Counted from the first letter of the stretch, positions 1-12,950 are shown. The stretch is DNA of 64,000 nt from Lama glama (GCA_028534125.1 CM052816.1:32924001-32988000); one strand, 5' to 3'. Translations and numbers: made by a program. The notes: generated from the sequence alone by a model not told the origin.

Positions 1-2199
1 CCTTCAGCAAGGACAGTTAGGGAATATGTGAAAAATACAATGAAAGGAAATGAACTGTATTGAATAGCTTTTATTCTACACATTTATGAAAGTAACAGTT
101 TTGCCTGGGAAATAGTTTTCACCCAACCACCACCTATCTGAAAAAGTATTATGTTGAAGTATAAACTCAAAATGAGGCCAAGCAGGATCAGTAATACTAG
201 GGTCCTAATGGAGGAGCCGAGCCCTCCCAGGTCTGGAGAAGTTCCATGACGCTAGGAGAGCGGCTTGTTTTCACTTGCAGCAAGAGGAAGAGGAGTAGAC
301 AGAGGTCAGCAGACAAGATTTTACTCCTGCGCCAGCTATGCTTTTCAGTGGGGGTGAAAATGAAAACTGTCCGATTGTTTTGATGCCTGTTCAGCCACAC
401 AAGAGAAGGCCATGAACGGATCCCTACTCTGCACAGCCTGGTTTGCTCGGGGAGGACGTTTTCCCTGGGAAAACTGATCTCATCTGTTAAACCTTTTTTT
501 TTGCACACACTTTTCAGCCAAAATATTAAGTCTATTTTTACTCTTGGGATAAAGTCCAGTAGATTTGTAACAGACAAGCCAGTGGGTACTTTGACAGTGA
601 TCAAAGCACGCGAAAGCCGGCCCTTTCACACTGATACCAGTTGATTTTTGGGGGAGGGGGAGAAGATGGGGGCAGCCTCCCTGCTGGCCGGAGCAAAAAG
701 GGTGGTTGCTTTGCGGATAGAACTGCTCTGCCTTCTAAGGTCGGGGCTAGAGTGCCCTTCCTGCCTCGTGTAGAAGGCTGAGGACAGATCTTTACCTCAC
801 GGACACGGGGACGTGAAAGTAGGGACCTGATCATAAGCCGAGATGTGACACTGGGCCCCGTTTCTCCTAGAGGACTTCGGGTGGTCTTCAGGTGCTACAG
901 AATGAATGGTAAGTAGTCCTTTGAAATCCATCTGTCAAGGTAGAGCAATGACGTAAGAAGGGAAGAACAAAGTGAAAAGTGAAACAGGAAAGATTAAAAA
1001 AGGAATAATGAACTTAAGGTGGAAGACCTTCCTGAAAGAATTCAGGTACTTCGGTCCTGCCCAGTCCTGTCAGCACTGCTTGAGATGTCACCTGTTTATG
1101 TCACCTGTTTAAGCACCATCTGCCAACCGTCCCCATGTCTCGGGGGGATAAAAAAAGGAGGCCTCAATGACCATTCCTTCGACCCCTGCCCTTTGTAACA
1201 GCAGGAGTGAAGTCGCAAACTGGTGCTGCAGGAGCAATCTTTTAAATAGGTGGGTTCAGCCTGCAAAACATGATCTAGTCAGCTCCTGCCTCTTGCCCTT
1301 AGACAGACAGAAGCAGGTCCACAGCTCACGTGGACGAGCTCTGATCCATGTAGCACAGTGGCTGTGTAGTGCCCTGGGGTGCAGGAGAGGGCTAATGCAC
1401 CTCTGCTCTGGAAGAACCACCAGACGACAGTCTAGGTCCCTTACAGGTATCAACAGGATTCTCCCTGTGCCAAGCCTTGGCTCTTAAAAAGCTCCACCAG
1501 GGGAGGAGGAAATCCCAGTCAGAAGAGAGCTCCCTTCCCAGCCCTGCCTCCATGAGGAGAGGTGAGGAACTTCCATTCTCCTGTCCAGAGCTGTTCAGGC
1601 CCCACTGCTCTGCCTGTAGCTTCAGCGTTTCTGGGGCTATATAGCTAACAGCCCTGAGTGACAGCCTGTATCTTGAGTTGACACGTGAGACCTGAAAAAC
1701 CAAAGCCTGGTTCCACTAAACAAATGGGCAGTTCTGCTCGATGCTGAGCCTTGACCACCGCCCCCACCCCAGGTCAGGAAAGAGAAGCTGGGGATGCCAG
1801 TGAGAAGGTTGCTGCCCACCAAAAAGAGGGAAAAGGAATGAGAAATCTTTAAGAAAACATCTGCTGTGGATTATCCCACCGCAGCACCACCTCCAGAACA
1901 GAAGAGGGGGGAGAGTGACAGCCAGTGCTGAGAGCAGAAGCGAGGCCCGCGGAGCCCGGCGCACGTGGCCGTTCCCACGCTGTCCACCGCCGGGACGGGA
2001 GGAGCAGGGTCCGCTAGAGACAGTCCACGTGGTGTCCCTGGGGCCCCTCACCCCGGAGCTGAGTCCAGGGCACTCAGTTGTCCAAGTGCTGACCTACCTG
2101 CCAACCTTCCCTCTTCTCATTCTCCCAACAGGTCCTCTGACCTCAGTGCCCTGCTAGAGTTACGCTTCCACGGGCAGAACCTTGGAGCCTGAGTGCCGA
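1..2199 (-). other. MCC: MCC 3' UTR (may continue past the window edge)
   Basis: Sequence immediately downstream of the stop codon, with no recognisable interspersed repeats. Confidence 0.8.
70..75 (-). terminator. Candidate polyadenylation signal AATAAA
   Basis: Minus strand reads ...aatgtgtagAATAAAagctattcaatacagttcatttcctttcattgtattttt: TGTA just upstream and a T-rich tract downstream. Confidence 0.55.
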
Positions 2200-2380
2200 T
2201 TACAGTGACGTTTCATTGGTGTGTGGCCTTGAGTTCTCCTCCTCCAGGAGAGCGATTCTTTGCTTGAGCATCCTCACTTGGGTCTCGTGTCTCTCCACCA
2301 TAGCCATCATCTGAGACTCCAACTTCTTTAGTTTGTTTTGATGCTTCTTCTTGGCTTTCTCGTAGGCAGCCACCAGGTTG
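2200..2380 (-). CDS. MCC: MCC last coding exon (181 nt including TAA): NLVAAYEKAKKKHQNKLKKLESQMMAMVERHETQVRMLKQRIALLEEENSRPHTNETSL*
   Basis: Acceptor ctctgttcccacatag|C, stop TAA at 2200-2202; ends in the class I PDZ-binding motif ETSL; contained in ORF 2200..2541(-). Confidence 0.97.
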
Positions 2381-2989
2381 CTATGTGGGAACAGAGGGAA
2401 GTGAGAATGAAGATTTCTCCTGAGTAGCACTGAGTACCCACTGCCCAGTCCACTGGGCAGCCTGGACCCGTAAGTACCACTCTGAAGAAACAGGTCACTC
2501 GGCCTCTTCAGGAAGAATTTGCAATCAGATAGTTTCAACATTCAGGGCCGTTCAGGTATTGACTTAACCGTGATTAATCCAGCCTGACTGCTAGAGGCTT
2601 GCCACCTGCAGGGTGGGAGGGGCTTACACCAGTCCTCCAGACTAGCTGCACCCAATAGACAAGCAGAAAAGCTGAACTCGAGGAGTCTACATGGAGACAC
2701 GAACAGCGCGTCCGTGTGTGGTTCTGTGGCTGCAGTACGGGCAGGTCTGGCTGCAGGAGTCTGTGACCTCACCTTGGCTGAGGGCAGAGTGGCACTGACG
2801 GCTTCCCTCCGTGCTCTGGGCTGAGGGGACTCAGGGCACACGGGTCCTGAGCTAATGCTGCCTGCTGGACACAGGCCTCTGGGACCTGTCCCTCCTGGGG
2901 TGGGAAGAGGGCGGGGGCTGAGCCTAGGGCTAGGAAGTCCGGTCCCGGTCTGGTCCAGAACAGCACCCCAGGTCCCTTCCATGTACTGT

Positions 2990-3445
2990 CCGGTTCTCAA
3001 AGTGTGGTCTGAGAGGTGACCCCCAGGAGTCCCAAAACCCTCTCAGGGGAGATCTGTGAGGTTCTTTATTTTTTAACTATAGAACTACCGGAAGCTAGGT
3101 TTACTGAATGTATTTCAAAACAGGATATTGATACATATTACTACCTGTTGAAGTGGACATGAGTCTAGCTGTCTTACATTAAGCCAGCCATTAGAGATTT
3201 GCAAAACTGTAAAAACAGTACCATTCTTCCAATTATTTTTGGAAAGTAATTTTTAAACATAAATGCCATTTGTATTACATGTAGTGAATTTTTTTAAGTG
3301 AATAAAAGCTTCAAAAATTTGTTTTAGTTTCTCAAATGAGATTTATCAATAGATAAATGATTTAAAAGAACACAACTCTTTGAAGTCCTCAATTTTTTAT
3401 GAGTGTAAAGGGGTCATTTAGCCCAAAAAGTTTGAGGCTGCTGTC
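2990..3445. mobile_element. hAT-Charlie-type DNA transposon relic
   Basis: Begins gttctcaaagtgtggtc and ends aaaaagtttgaggctgctg, which resemble Charlie/MER termini; AT-rich interior. Confidence 0.5.
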
Positions 3446-3819
3446 TTAGAGCACTCCTCCCTAAAGTGTTCCACTCAATCTGTGAATGTTGCTCAAATAG
3501 AAAGTTCTGCAGCCAATTTTGTTTGGAAAACACGGGCTTAAATTAAGCACAGTATGATTTCTCAGAACGTTTACTATATGAAGTGTAAAGAGGGGACAGA
3601 GTCTGCTGCCTTCCCAGACACACTTTACCTAAGCACTCGTCCTTACCGAGCCTTCCTTAGGTTTCTGTGGATGCTGGGAGATGCCCTAGGGGAGAGCAGG
3701 CTCTGAGGGAGGCAGATGAGGACCCACCATTCTCTACAGCTGGCCCTCAGCATTCATGGGAACGCTCTCCCTGGTGTGAGCCCGAGAACCACGGGGGATT
3801 ACAAACAGAAGGATCTTAC

Positions 3820-3942
3820 CTGTTGGCGCGCTTTAGGTCATTGACGAACTCTGCTGATTGCTGGTGTCGGATTTCACTGCTCTTGGTGAGTCTTTCCAAG
3901 GCACTCACCAGCTCTTGAACTCTGGCCTTTAACTTCTTTTCT
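3820..3942 (-). CDS. MCC: MCC penultimate exon (123 nt, phase 2-2): EKKLKARVQELVSALERLTKSSEIRHQQSAEFVNDLKRAN(S)
   Basis: Translated by hand. Acceptor ctctctctttgatacag|A, donor AG|gtaaga. Confidence 0.95.
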
Positions 3943-6759
3943 CTGTATCAAAGAGAGAGGAAGCGTGCTGTGAGCAACCTGAGCTGATGGTGGAGATGGC
4001 TCCTGCCTGCGACGTGGTAGCAGAGGAGGGAGGTCTGGCTGGCCAAGTTCAAAGGCAGGAGGACAGAGGGAAGAGACTGGAGGGCACAAGGGCTGCCCCC
4101 GTAGCGCCCAAGCCCCTCACCGCCGCATGCCTGAGGCCCCTGGAGCCTGCTTCCTTTAGTGGTAACGGCTCTAGAGAGCTAAGTGTGCGTTGCAAAGGAA
4201 CAAGACAGGAAGTTGTAGTCTTCCAGGTAATGTTGAAGTTTCAAATGCTCAGCAAGCAGAGTGTAGCCTGACAGCAAAACCCCGTCCCAGCCTCCAGGCC
4301 CTTTTCCAAGTGTGCCAGGCGTCTCCTGAACCACTCTGGGTGTCGAGAACAGAAACCTCTGGTCTAGGTAGGCACCTACCTGGGACAAGGGCCTGCTCAG
4401 TGAATAAACACAATCCTACTTTGCAAAATACAAAAGGGGGCAGTGGTAGGAGTTGAACTGGTTAAGGTCCTAATCACCTGTGAAGTACTTAAGTTAGACT
4501 AGCACTTTCATCCGACGCCCCCCTCTTCCCCTCTTGGCTTCAAGTTCCATTGGGTCTTCACTACTATGGCGACCCAAGCCACCTGAGCAGTCAGTACCAG
4601 AGGCTTCTGGTGTCCGGTCAGCTTACTGCCTTCCTCTCATTCCCACAAGAGCACAGGGCCAGGCAGGGGGAGGTCAGTGACCAGTCTTCTCCCTCCCGAG
4701 GTTCCATCACAGCAGTGTCACTCTGCACTGTCACATGAGGCACACTCGGTAGCCTGCCGAGACCTGCGAGACCCCCGGCAGGTAGGCGCCAAGGTGGCAA
4801 GGACTTTATTTGGTTTGTTCCTTAACATCCGCAGTGCCGAGCGCCACGCCTGAGGGACAGCTTCACAGTGACAACAGCTGTTAAAACAGCTCAGAACAAC
4901 TCACTGAAGGTGATTCCTTAGAGCACACTGAGAAACCAGGATTTATGGAAAAAATTCCTCTAGAAACAACTCATGAGTGTGTGAGGAATGTAAATTAGCA
5001 CAATCGTTCTGGAAGGCAACTTGGCAGTACAAAATAAAATACGAACACATCCTAAGCAACTTACCTTACCTTCTAGAAATCTTTCTTACAGAAACAGTAT
5101 GAGTGGAGGTTCCTAAGTGTCCATGAGGTTACAGCGGGATTCACTTCAGCACTGGTTCTAACAGCTGAGAATGGGAAAAAGTCAGGGGACTGGTTCTATT
5201 GGTTCTATTGAGATGCCCTGTGCTGCTCAAAAAAAAAAAAAATGCAGACTGACATGCACTGGCAAGGAAGGCTACCTGCTCTACTGTCATGTGCCAAGGG
5301 TGGGTTCTGTTGGTTGTCACATTTGCAAGAACAACCAAAGATGTGAACGCTCCACCCCCCTCCACAGTGCTGAACTCCCAGGAGGAGGAGGACAGGGGCT
5401 TTCATTTTCTACTTCGCTCACGTCTGCCTTGTCTGAAATGCATGTAATTATGTGTGCTTCTGTAGAGCGGGGCGGGGTCTCCGTTGTGCTTCCTGTAGGA
5501 AGGCTGCAGGGAGGTGACCTCGGGGAGGACTCACAGGTGCTCAGTGCTTCAGCCCTGGTTCTCCCCTCCTGGCTGTTCAAATATCGATTCTTTGACATTT
5601 CTGCCTCTAGCTACTCTAGGTGCAACTCCACAGCTTTCCACATTCATTCATGAAGGAAGGAAGAGCAACACAAAAATCCAGGCCTGCTTTTGTGGGTGGG
5701 AATGCTGGGGAAAGAGCTTTTTAAATGAGCATACCACCCAGTGACCCTCCCAACAGCCTTAAGGGGGCAGGAGTCTACTCACCGCAGGGCCTTCCAGCAG
5801 GTGTCCCCTGTTTGTCCAGGAATGTGCATTGCTGCTGGGCCCTAGCAGCCACCCAGACATCTCGTCAGATCAGGTGGCATTTCCTACTAGAACCTGAGAG
5901 TGGCACCATTTCCTACCACAAGTGAGAACAGCGCCTTGGGAGGGTGGCGCGCTCCCTCCCACCCAGCCCATCCTCAGCCTTCCAGCTCTGTCAGCCAAAG
6001 GAGAGTTAGAGGAGCATGAAAGGTGTTTTTCCCCTTCCCTCTGGCTAAAAATAATAGAGAAGGGTTATTTGTTCTACATTTTGTTACTGTTTTCTTTTAC
6101 CTTTTATTCTAAAGTGGATGACTAGGGCAAAGGCAAAGAAGCAAATTAGGAAGAGAATTTTAAATCTAATCATTAACTCAAATACACAACATAAAACTGC
6201 CCAGAACAATACCACTTCCCCTGCTTACAACCACAGCCCTGCCCCAACCCGAAGCAGCAGAATGGAAACCCTAGCCCCCACAAAACAAAGGGCTTCCTTC
6301 CCCAGGCCCCCGGCCCCTGGGACTGGAGGGAACTTCCTGGACCTGGCAGGCCCCGAGGGAGGACAATGCAGCAACGAAGGGAGGCCCTCACAGACCCTGG
6401 CTAGGGTGACGGGAGATGGGGACAGGTCTGAGGGTGGGAAGCCACTGCAGGGAGCTGAGAACTGGCCCTAGAAGCCCCCTAGGCCTCAGGAAGGGAGATG
6501 GGGGTGAACTGCTCTCCAAATTCTGGGGTAGAACCGTGATGCTGATTTATTTAAAGATAAAGAGACAAGGCTAAACCTCAAACTTAAACCTAAAATGAGT
6601 GAGGCAGGCACCTACAGTGAAAGTCATGCCTCCAGCATCCCTCGTCTGAACCGAAACAAACACTAAACCTCCGCAAAGTAACAACTCTCAAGTCTCTGTC
6701 TCCCGCAGCACGCAGCCTCCGGGGTCAGGTACGTGTTCACAGTACTGGTCTCGGGGGTG

Positions 6760-8385
6760 TCCCTGGATTCTGATTCAGTAGGTCTGAGTTAAGACCCAGG
6801 AACTATAGGATGAAGAAGTGTTCCAGGTAATGAAAACAGTATGGTATTGGAAAAAAAAAAAAAACCCAAACCAAAAAACAGGTACATAATCAATGGAAAC
6901 GAATAAAGAGCCCAGAAATAAACCCAAGCATATGTGGTCAGTTTATGACAAAGGAGCCAAGAATATACACTGGGGGAAGGACAGTCTCTGATACATGGGC
7001 TTAGGTGAACTGGACAGCCACATGCACGAGAAGGAAAGTGGGTCACTGTCTTACCCCATACACAAAATTTAACTCATAAAATGGATTAAAGTCTTGGTAA
7101 GACCTGAAACCATCAAACTCCCATAAGAAAACAGGCAGTAAGCAACTGGACATTGATCTCGGTCATGATTTTTCTCTTGAATCTGACAACAAATGCAAAG
7201 GCAACAAATGCAAAAACAGAAATGGGACTATAGCAAACTGAAATTCTTCTGCACATCCAAGGACAACATCAACAAAATGAAAGGGCAACCTGCTAACTAG
7301 GAGGAAATGCCTGCAAATTATGTGTCTAATAAGGGGTTAAAGTCCAAAATATACAAAGAATCTATACACCTCAATAGCAAAAAAAAAAAAAAATTAAAAA
7401 TGCAAACATCTAAATAGACACTTCCCCAAAGAAGACTTACAGATGGACAACAAGCACATGAAAATACGCTTAACATCACTAATCATAAAGGAAATGCAAA
7501 TCAAAACCACAGCGAGAGAGAATCACACCTGTCAGAATGGTTATTGTCAAAAACACAAGAAATAACAAGTACTGGTGAGGATGTGAAGAAAAGGGAACCC
7601 TCGTGCACTGTTAGTGGGAATGTAAACCGGTAACAGTTACTATGGAAAACAAAAGGGGGGGGGTCCTCAAAAAATAAAACTACTATACAATTCAGCAATT
7701 CCACCTCTAGGTAGTTATCTGAAGAAAATGAAATCTCCATCTCAAAAAGACACCTTCACCCCCACGTTCACTGCAGCATTATTCAGTAGCCAAGATACGG
7801 AAACAACCCAAGTGTCCATCAGTGGAAAAATGGATAAAGATACGGTAATATATACAATGGAATATTATTCAGCTATAAAAGTAATGAAGTGCCATTTGCA
7901 ACAACCCAGATGGACTGTGAGGGCATTATGCTAAGTGAACTAAGTCAGAGCAAGACAAATACACATGGAATCTAAAAAACCAAAAAAGCAAAAAGCAAGC
8001 TCATAGATACAGAGACCAGACTGGTGTTTACCAGAGGTAGGGGTGGGGTGGGTGAGTTGGGGTCAAAGGTACAAACTTCCAGTTATAAAATCAATCCTGG
8101 GGATGTAATGTACAGCATGCTGACTCTAGTTAATATTACTATATTGCATATTTGAAAGTTGCTAAGAAAGGAGATCTTAAAAGTTCTCAAAAAATTTTTT
8201 TGTGAAGTACTGATGGTGACACGTTTAACTTGACTTACTGTGGCAGTGATTTCTCTAATATATACAACTATTGAATCATGTTGTATACCTAAAACTAATG
8301 CAATGTTGTATGTCCATTACATTTCAAGTAAAAAGACTGCCCCAGGTGATTCTTACTATTGTGCAAATGTGGGAAACTGGTAAAG
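6760..8385. mobile_element. MER5-like hAT MITE interrupted by the L1 at 6830-8335
   Basis: gattctgattcagtaggtctgag...cccagg lies before the L1 and ccccaggtgattctta...tgggaaactg lies after it. Confidence 0.55.
6830..8335 (+). mobile_element. LINE-1 3' fragment (degenerate ORF2 end plus 3' UTR), older L1M-type, antisense to MCC
   Basis: Hallmark L1 ORF2 segments (aaaacagtatggtattgg, acatcactaatcataaaggaaatgcaaatcaaaaccac, atggaatattattcagctataaaa) with no intact ORF. Confidence 0.92.
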
Positions 8386-9649
8386 CAGCAGCGCTCTGCC
8401 TGGGTGTGTGAATGTGCTTCATGTGGCCTTCAGCTCTGAATTTTTATGTTACACGCACAGACATACTCTTCTCAAGTCTCCAGCTTTCCTCACATTCCCA
8501 AAAGATAACTTAGAAACTCTAAGAACTATAAACCTGCTAATCCAAGCTATTTTGGAACCTCTACCATCCATGCATGTCCTGTTCTGTCTAGTTTCTAATT
8601 CAAATTTGCTGGGGCATCAGTTAAAAAAGAATGTATATGTTCTGTCTAGGTAATGAGGCTAAAAGGAACACTTTCATAGGCTCCACACAGATGAGAAAGT
8701 ACAGATTCAACACTACATGTTCCATCTGTCCCCTATACAGCAGTGCATCCACAGAGCTTTCTGGGATGCCCAGAACGGTGGCCTCCCTCCCGTCTTTTTC
8801 CTCTCAGCAGCACAGGCCCTCACGAGCGCGCACCTGGAGCACAAGTCGGCAGACAATGCTGCTCTTGATACCGTTGCCATGAAAACCCAAACCCCACGCC
8901 CCAGCACACACCTGGCTTTCAGTTACAGATCTTCCCACTCCACCAAACAGGGTTATTTCTGGCCGCCAAAGGTCCTCTGACTCTTACTCTAGCCACAGAG
9001 GGAGGCGCTTTTATCTTTAACTGAAACCTAACTGTAGGCACTGGCACAGACAGAGGGAACATGCGAGGAGACTCAGCAGTTGGCAGGTGAGGGAAGAACC
9101 TGGCGGGCAGCCCGTGATGCAGGCTGGGGACTGGCCCCGCAGGCTCCGCGGCGGTGCTGGCAGACCCGGGGAGTCTGCAGGAAGGGCTCCCGGAGCCGTT
9201 GGGGAGGAGGGAGCACTGTCCCTACCACGCAAAGACCAGCCGCAGTACTTTAATCACCAAGTCCAAACAAGGAGCAGGGAGACCGGGTGAGAGCCCCGGC
9301 CTGATGAGGCGCAAGGCCGAGCATCCATCCAGGACAGCTTCCAGAGGAGCTGCAATCAGACAGAACCGGAGGGAGCTGCGGCCCTGCAGTCACAGGGCCT
9401 AGAATTTCATAGTAACTGCTCCTTATATGGAATTAGTCACTGCAAAAATTGTCTGCATATGTGGTTCTTCCTCACCTTCCATTTACTTGTTAACCCCCAC
9501 CAGGCTTCTGTGTCCACTGCAGCTGTGCACAAGGTCGCCACATCCAGAGGTCTCTCTGTGTCCTGATCTCACCTGTCAGCACCTTCTCCTCTTCCCCAAG
9601 CACCTGGACTTCATCCTGCTTCACCGGCTGTTTCCTCAGCCTTTTGCCC

Positions 9650-10600
9650 TGACTCCTCGCCCCCTCCTCAACCTCCAAATGCTGGGACTATTCAGGACTT
9701 GGACCTGGATGCTGTTTTAAATTCCATCCTTTACTTGATTCTCTCCCATGTATTTTCCTAAAAGCTTCCTACATGCTCAAAACTTCTAAATCTTTATCTT
9801 CAGGCCTTTCCTGGGACCTCTGGCCTTGTCCAATGGACAGACATCTTCAATTCAGCACGTCCAAAGCAGAACTTCTGAGATGGTCACCCCATCCTCGCGT
9901 CCTCCCTTGTCAGCAGCCAGCAACACCGTTTGCCCAGTTGCCAACACCCTGAGTCAGCCTCGACCCCTCCCTTTCCCTGTCCTTCACGTCCACTCAATAG
10001 CAAAGCCCATCTACTTAATGGGTGCCGTTCCTGCCACCATCCAGGTCCAAGCTGCCGTCATTTGTTGCCTGGACAACCCCAAGAGCCTCCTAATTGGTTT
10101 TTCTGCTTCACCTTTGCACCCTGTAGTCCAGTTTTCACAGAGCAGCCAGAGGAATTTTCATTGTGACAAATTAGATCAGATTATCGCCCTGCATTTGGAG
10201 TAGTATCTGTGCCCTTACTTTGACACAGGCCCTGCTTGACCCAGTCTTTGGTTTTGCCCCCCACCAACCCCCTTGCACGCTGGAATCCTATCCATTCTTA
10301 GCACCACCGAGCTTTTTCCCATGACAACCCCGTGCAGTCATTTCCTTCTGCTTGGGATGAACTCCCTCCACTTGGCTACTTTCCTTCCTTCTCATCTCAG
10401 CTTAAATGTCACCACCTCAGAGAAGCCTACCCTGACTACCCATCTAAACATATGTCCCAGAGTTAGGACATCCCAGCACCTTATTTCCTTATTCATTGCA
10501 ATCCATATTTAACTTTTTTGGGGGGGAAAAACCCCAGAACATTGCAGTGACTCTATCGCATGACCCTATGTACTTCCTTCATGGTAGTCATTACAATCTG
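9650..10600. mobile_element. LINE-2 relic
   Basis: Pyrimidine-rich L2-like motifs (ttgcctggacaacc...agcctcctaattgg, ctcagcttaaatgtcaccacctcagagaagcct). Confidence 0.7.
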
Positions 10601-10899
10601 TAACTACTCATCTTTTAGAACATCCAGCTACCAGTAATAGCTGTCTCTTAAATCCTTTACAAGGAGGAAGTTATTTAATTCTCACCACAAGCCCTGGAGG
10701 TCGGTACTACTATTATCCTAGTTTTCTAGATGAGGAACACGAGGCGCAGTTAGGAGACTTGCCAGTACGCCTGCGGAGCTGGGGTTCACGCGGGACTCTG
10801 TCTCACTCAAGTAAGCTGATTGACAGAGGAGCGGGACACAGCCCTGTGGTGAAGAGCACAGGCCTGTGGAGCTAAGGAGATGTCCCAGGTAATGATGTG

Positions 10900-11546
10900 C
10901 TGCAGGTGGTGTTTGTGCTGGGGTGTGCGTTTGCCACGAGTAGCAGCAAGATGTCGGCCCAGACCTCCCTGCCAACATGTTTTTTGCACATCTGTACGCT
11001 GCTGCTTTGCCCCTGCTGAGACAGGAAGGAAGGAGACCGGACACAACTTAAAAGAACAAGGAGGGGGGCACAGCCATTGAGAAAAACAGGATACAGCAAG
11101 AAGTGGCTGGAACCACGTAAAATCAAGATGGCATTGAGCATGGTCCGGTTACTGACCTCCAACTCACTATTCCTTCATTCAAATACTAAAGATCACTCCC
11201 CTTTGCCATGACAGTGCCGAGGATGACCCTAAAAGGCTGAAAAGTGGACAGTGGCCCATCTTCTAGAAATCCACATCCCTTCCCCAGAATAGCAAGAATA
11301 TTCCTTCCACTCATTACAGTATGAATTTACCCAGCCCATAAAAACTAACAACCCTGTACCCCAGCGGCTGCTCTCGCCTTCAGAAACCATTCACATTCTG
11401 TCTGTAGAGTGTCTATCTCTCTGAATAAACCTTCTTTCACTTTACTTTGGCTCACTCCTGAATTCCTTCCTGCACAAAGCCAAGGACCCAGTGGTCCATC
11501 TCAGGGACTCAGCATGTCCCAGGACGTGATATCTGCTCCTGCATCA
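10900..11546 (+). mobile_element. ERV1 solo LTR, MER41-like (boundaries approximate)
   Basis: aatcaagatggc...tgacctc, gccatgacagt, cataaaaact (TATA-like), AATAAA at 11424-11429 followed by ccttctttcactttact...ctgaattccttcctgcacaaagccaaggaccc; this follows my recollection of the MER41 LTR layout. Confidence 0.7.
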
Positions 11547-12449
11547 ATGCTGCAGGATGCTCTGATGTTCTCCATCACTCCACCTGGGTGGGGTCCTAGG
11601 GCAGGCCTTCTCTCTGAGCTTTTGGAACATGGGGGAAATGATAGAAATGAAAAGAATTCTCAGTTACCCAAGCAACGCCCAGCTCAGCCCCTCGGACGAG
11701 CACCAGTCTTTCCCTGTGCCCTGTGAGGATGGCTCCGGAGCTCAGCCATTTATTTACGTGATAATGAACGCATAGGTGCACTTTATATTCCATTAACGTC
11801 CTGCAGACCCTTGTGCATTTGTGGAATTCTAAGCACAACTTCCACTGCCTGATTGCTGTTATAAATCAGCCACATAGGAAGAATCAGCAAGAGCCAGTTT
11901 AATAAAACAGCACCTTTAAAAAGAATGGTCCTACTAATAAAATGGTGAAGATTCTGCTGCTTGTTTGCTCAGCAAGGGCTCCCTCTTACAAAAGACCCCA
12001 GCCAGCTCCCTCATTTCACTCCATTCTTTTTACGGCTCAGACAGTATTTATCCATAGCTGCTGAAATAGGGGTTATTCAGTGCCATGTTTCTCCTCTCAC
12101 GGCCGATTGTCTCCTTTAAGTCCAGAAGATTTCTAGAGCTGGGCAGGTGATTTTGGGACTCGGACATGGATCTGAACTTGGGGAGGCTAGCTGTGGTTTG
12201 CTCTAAGGCCCCGACAACCACATGCTCTGCGGGCACTGATGGGTGACGTGTGGTTGGCATCTTCAGGGGCGCAGAGAAGAGGTGACCGAGGGAGCTTCAG
12301 GAGGATGAGTGTCCTACTGGAGGGGATGAGGAGGAGGGGTCCACAGGCTGAGAGAGATGGGGTGGGAAGTGGGGAGAAAGCAAAGGACGTGCTTGCAGAA
12401 AGACGGACTGGTCAGATGAATCTGGACCACAGGTATGTGTAAGGAAACA

Positions 12450-12950
12450 TCTTAAATGCAGACCAGGAAGTCCAGTTAGGGACCTACAGGTGATCCTGAA
12501 GGCTGAGCCACTGAAGGTGTCTCTGCAGAGCCACATGACCGGAAGTGTATTTTAAGATCCTTTTGGTGGCAGAACACAAGATGAGACTAACGGGAGAATG
12601 ACCCACTGGGATGCTACTATGGGTTCTGAGGAGTTAAGGGCTACACTGGGAGAAGGCAATGCCAATGGCGTGGAATGGATGGGATTTTAAGGGAAAAGAC
12701 CAGTACAATCTGCTGACAAGAGGTAGAGATAGAAGACTTCAAAGTTATAATCCTGGATCACTAGAAGAATTTAATTTTTAATATAAACAGGAATTTTAAA
12801 AAGGAGGCCAATTTCAAAGGGCAGGGAGAAGCAGATTCTAATTTCTGTTTTGGACATGCAGTGTCTTAAGGCTCTAGCCTGATACTTGGGGGAGATGTCC
12901 AGTGGGCAGAGAGAACTGAGCTGAGATAATTTAGGGACCACTTAGAAGGA
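12450..12950. mobile_element. LINE-2 relic
   Basis: Purine-rich L2-like motifs (atttctgttttggacatgc, ggagatgtccagtgggcag). Confidence 0.5.

Noticed and set aside
2381..2541. N-terminal extension of ORF 2200..2541 upstream of the last exon
   Set aside because: It is open intronic frame. The MCC-like sequence starts exactly at the tag acceptor at 2381-2382.
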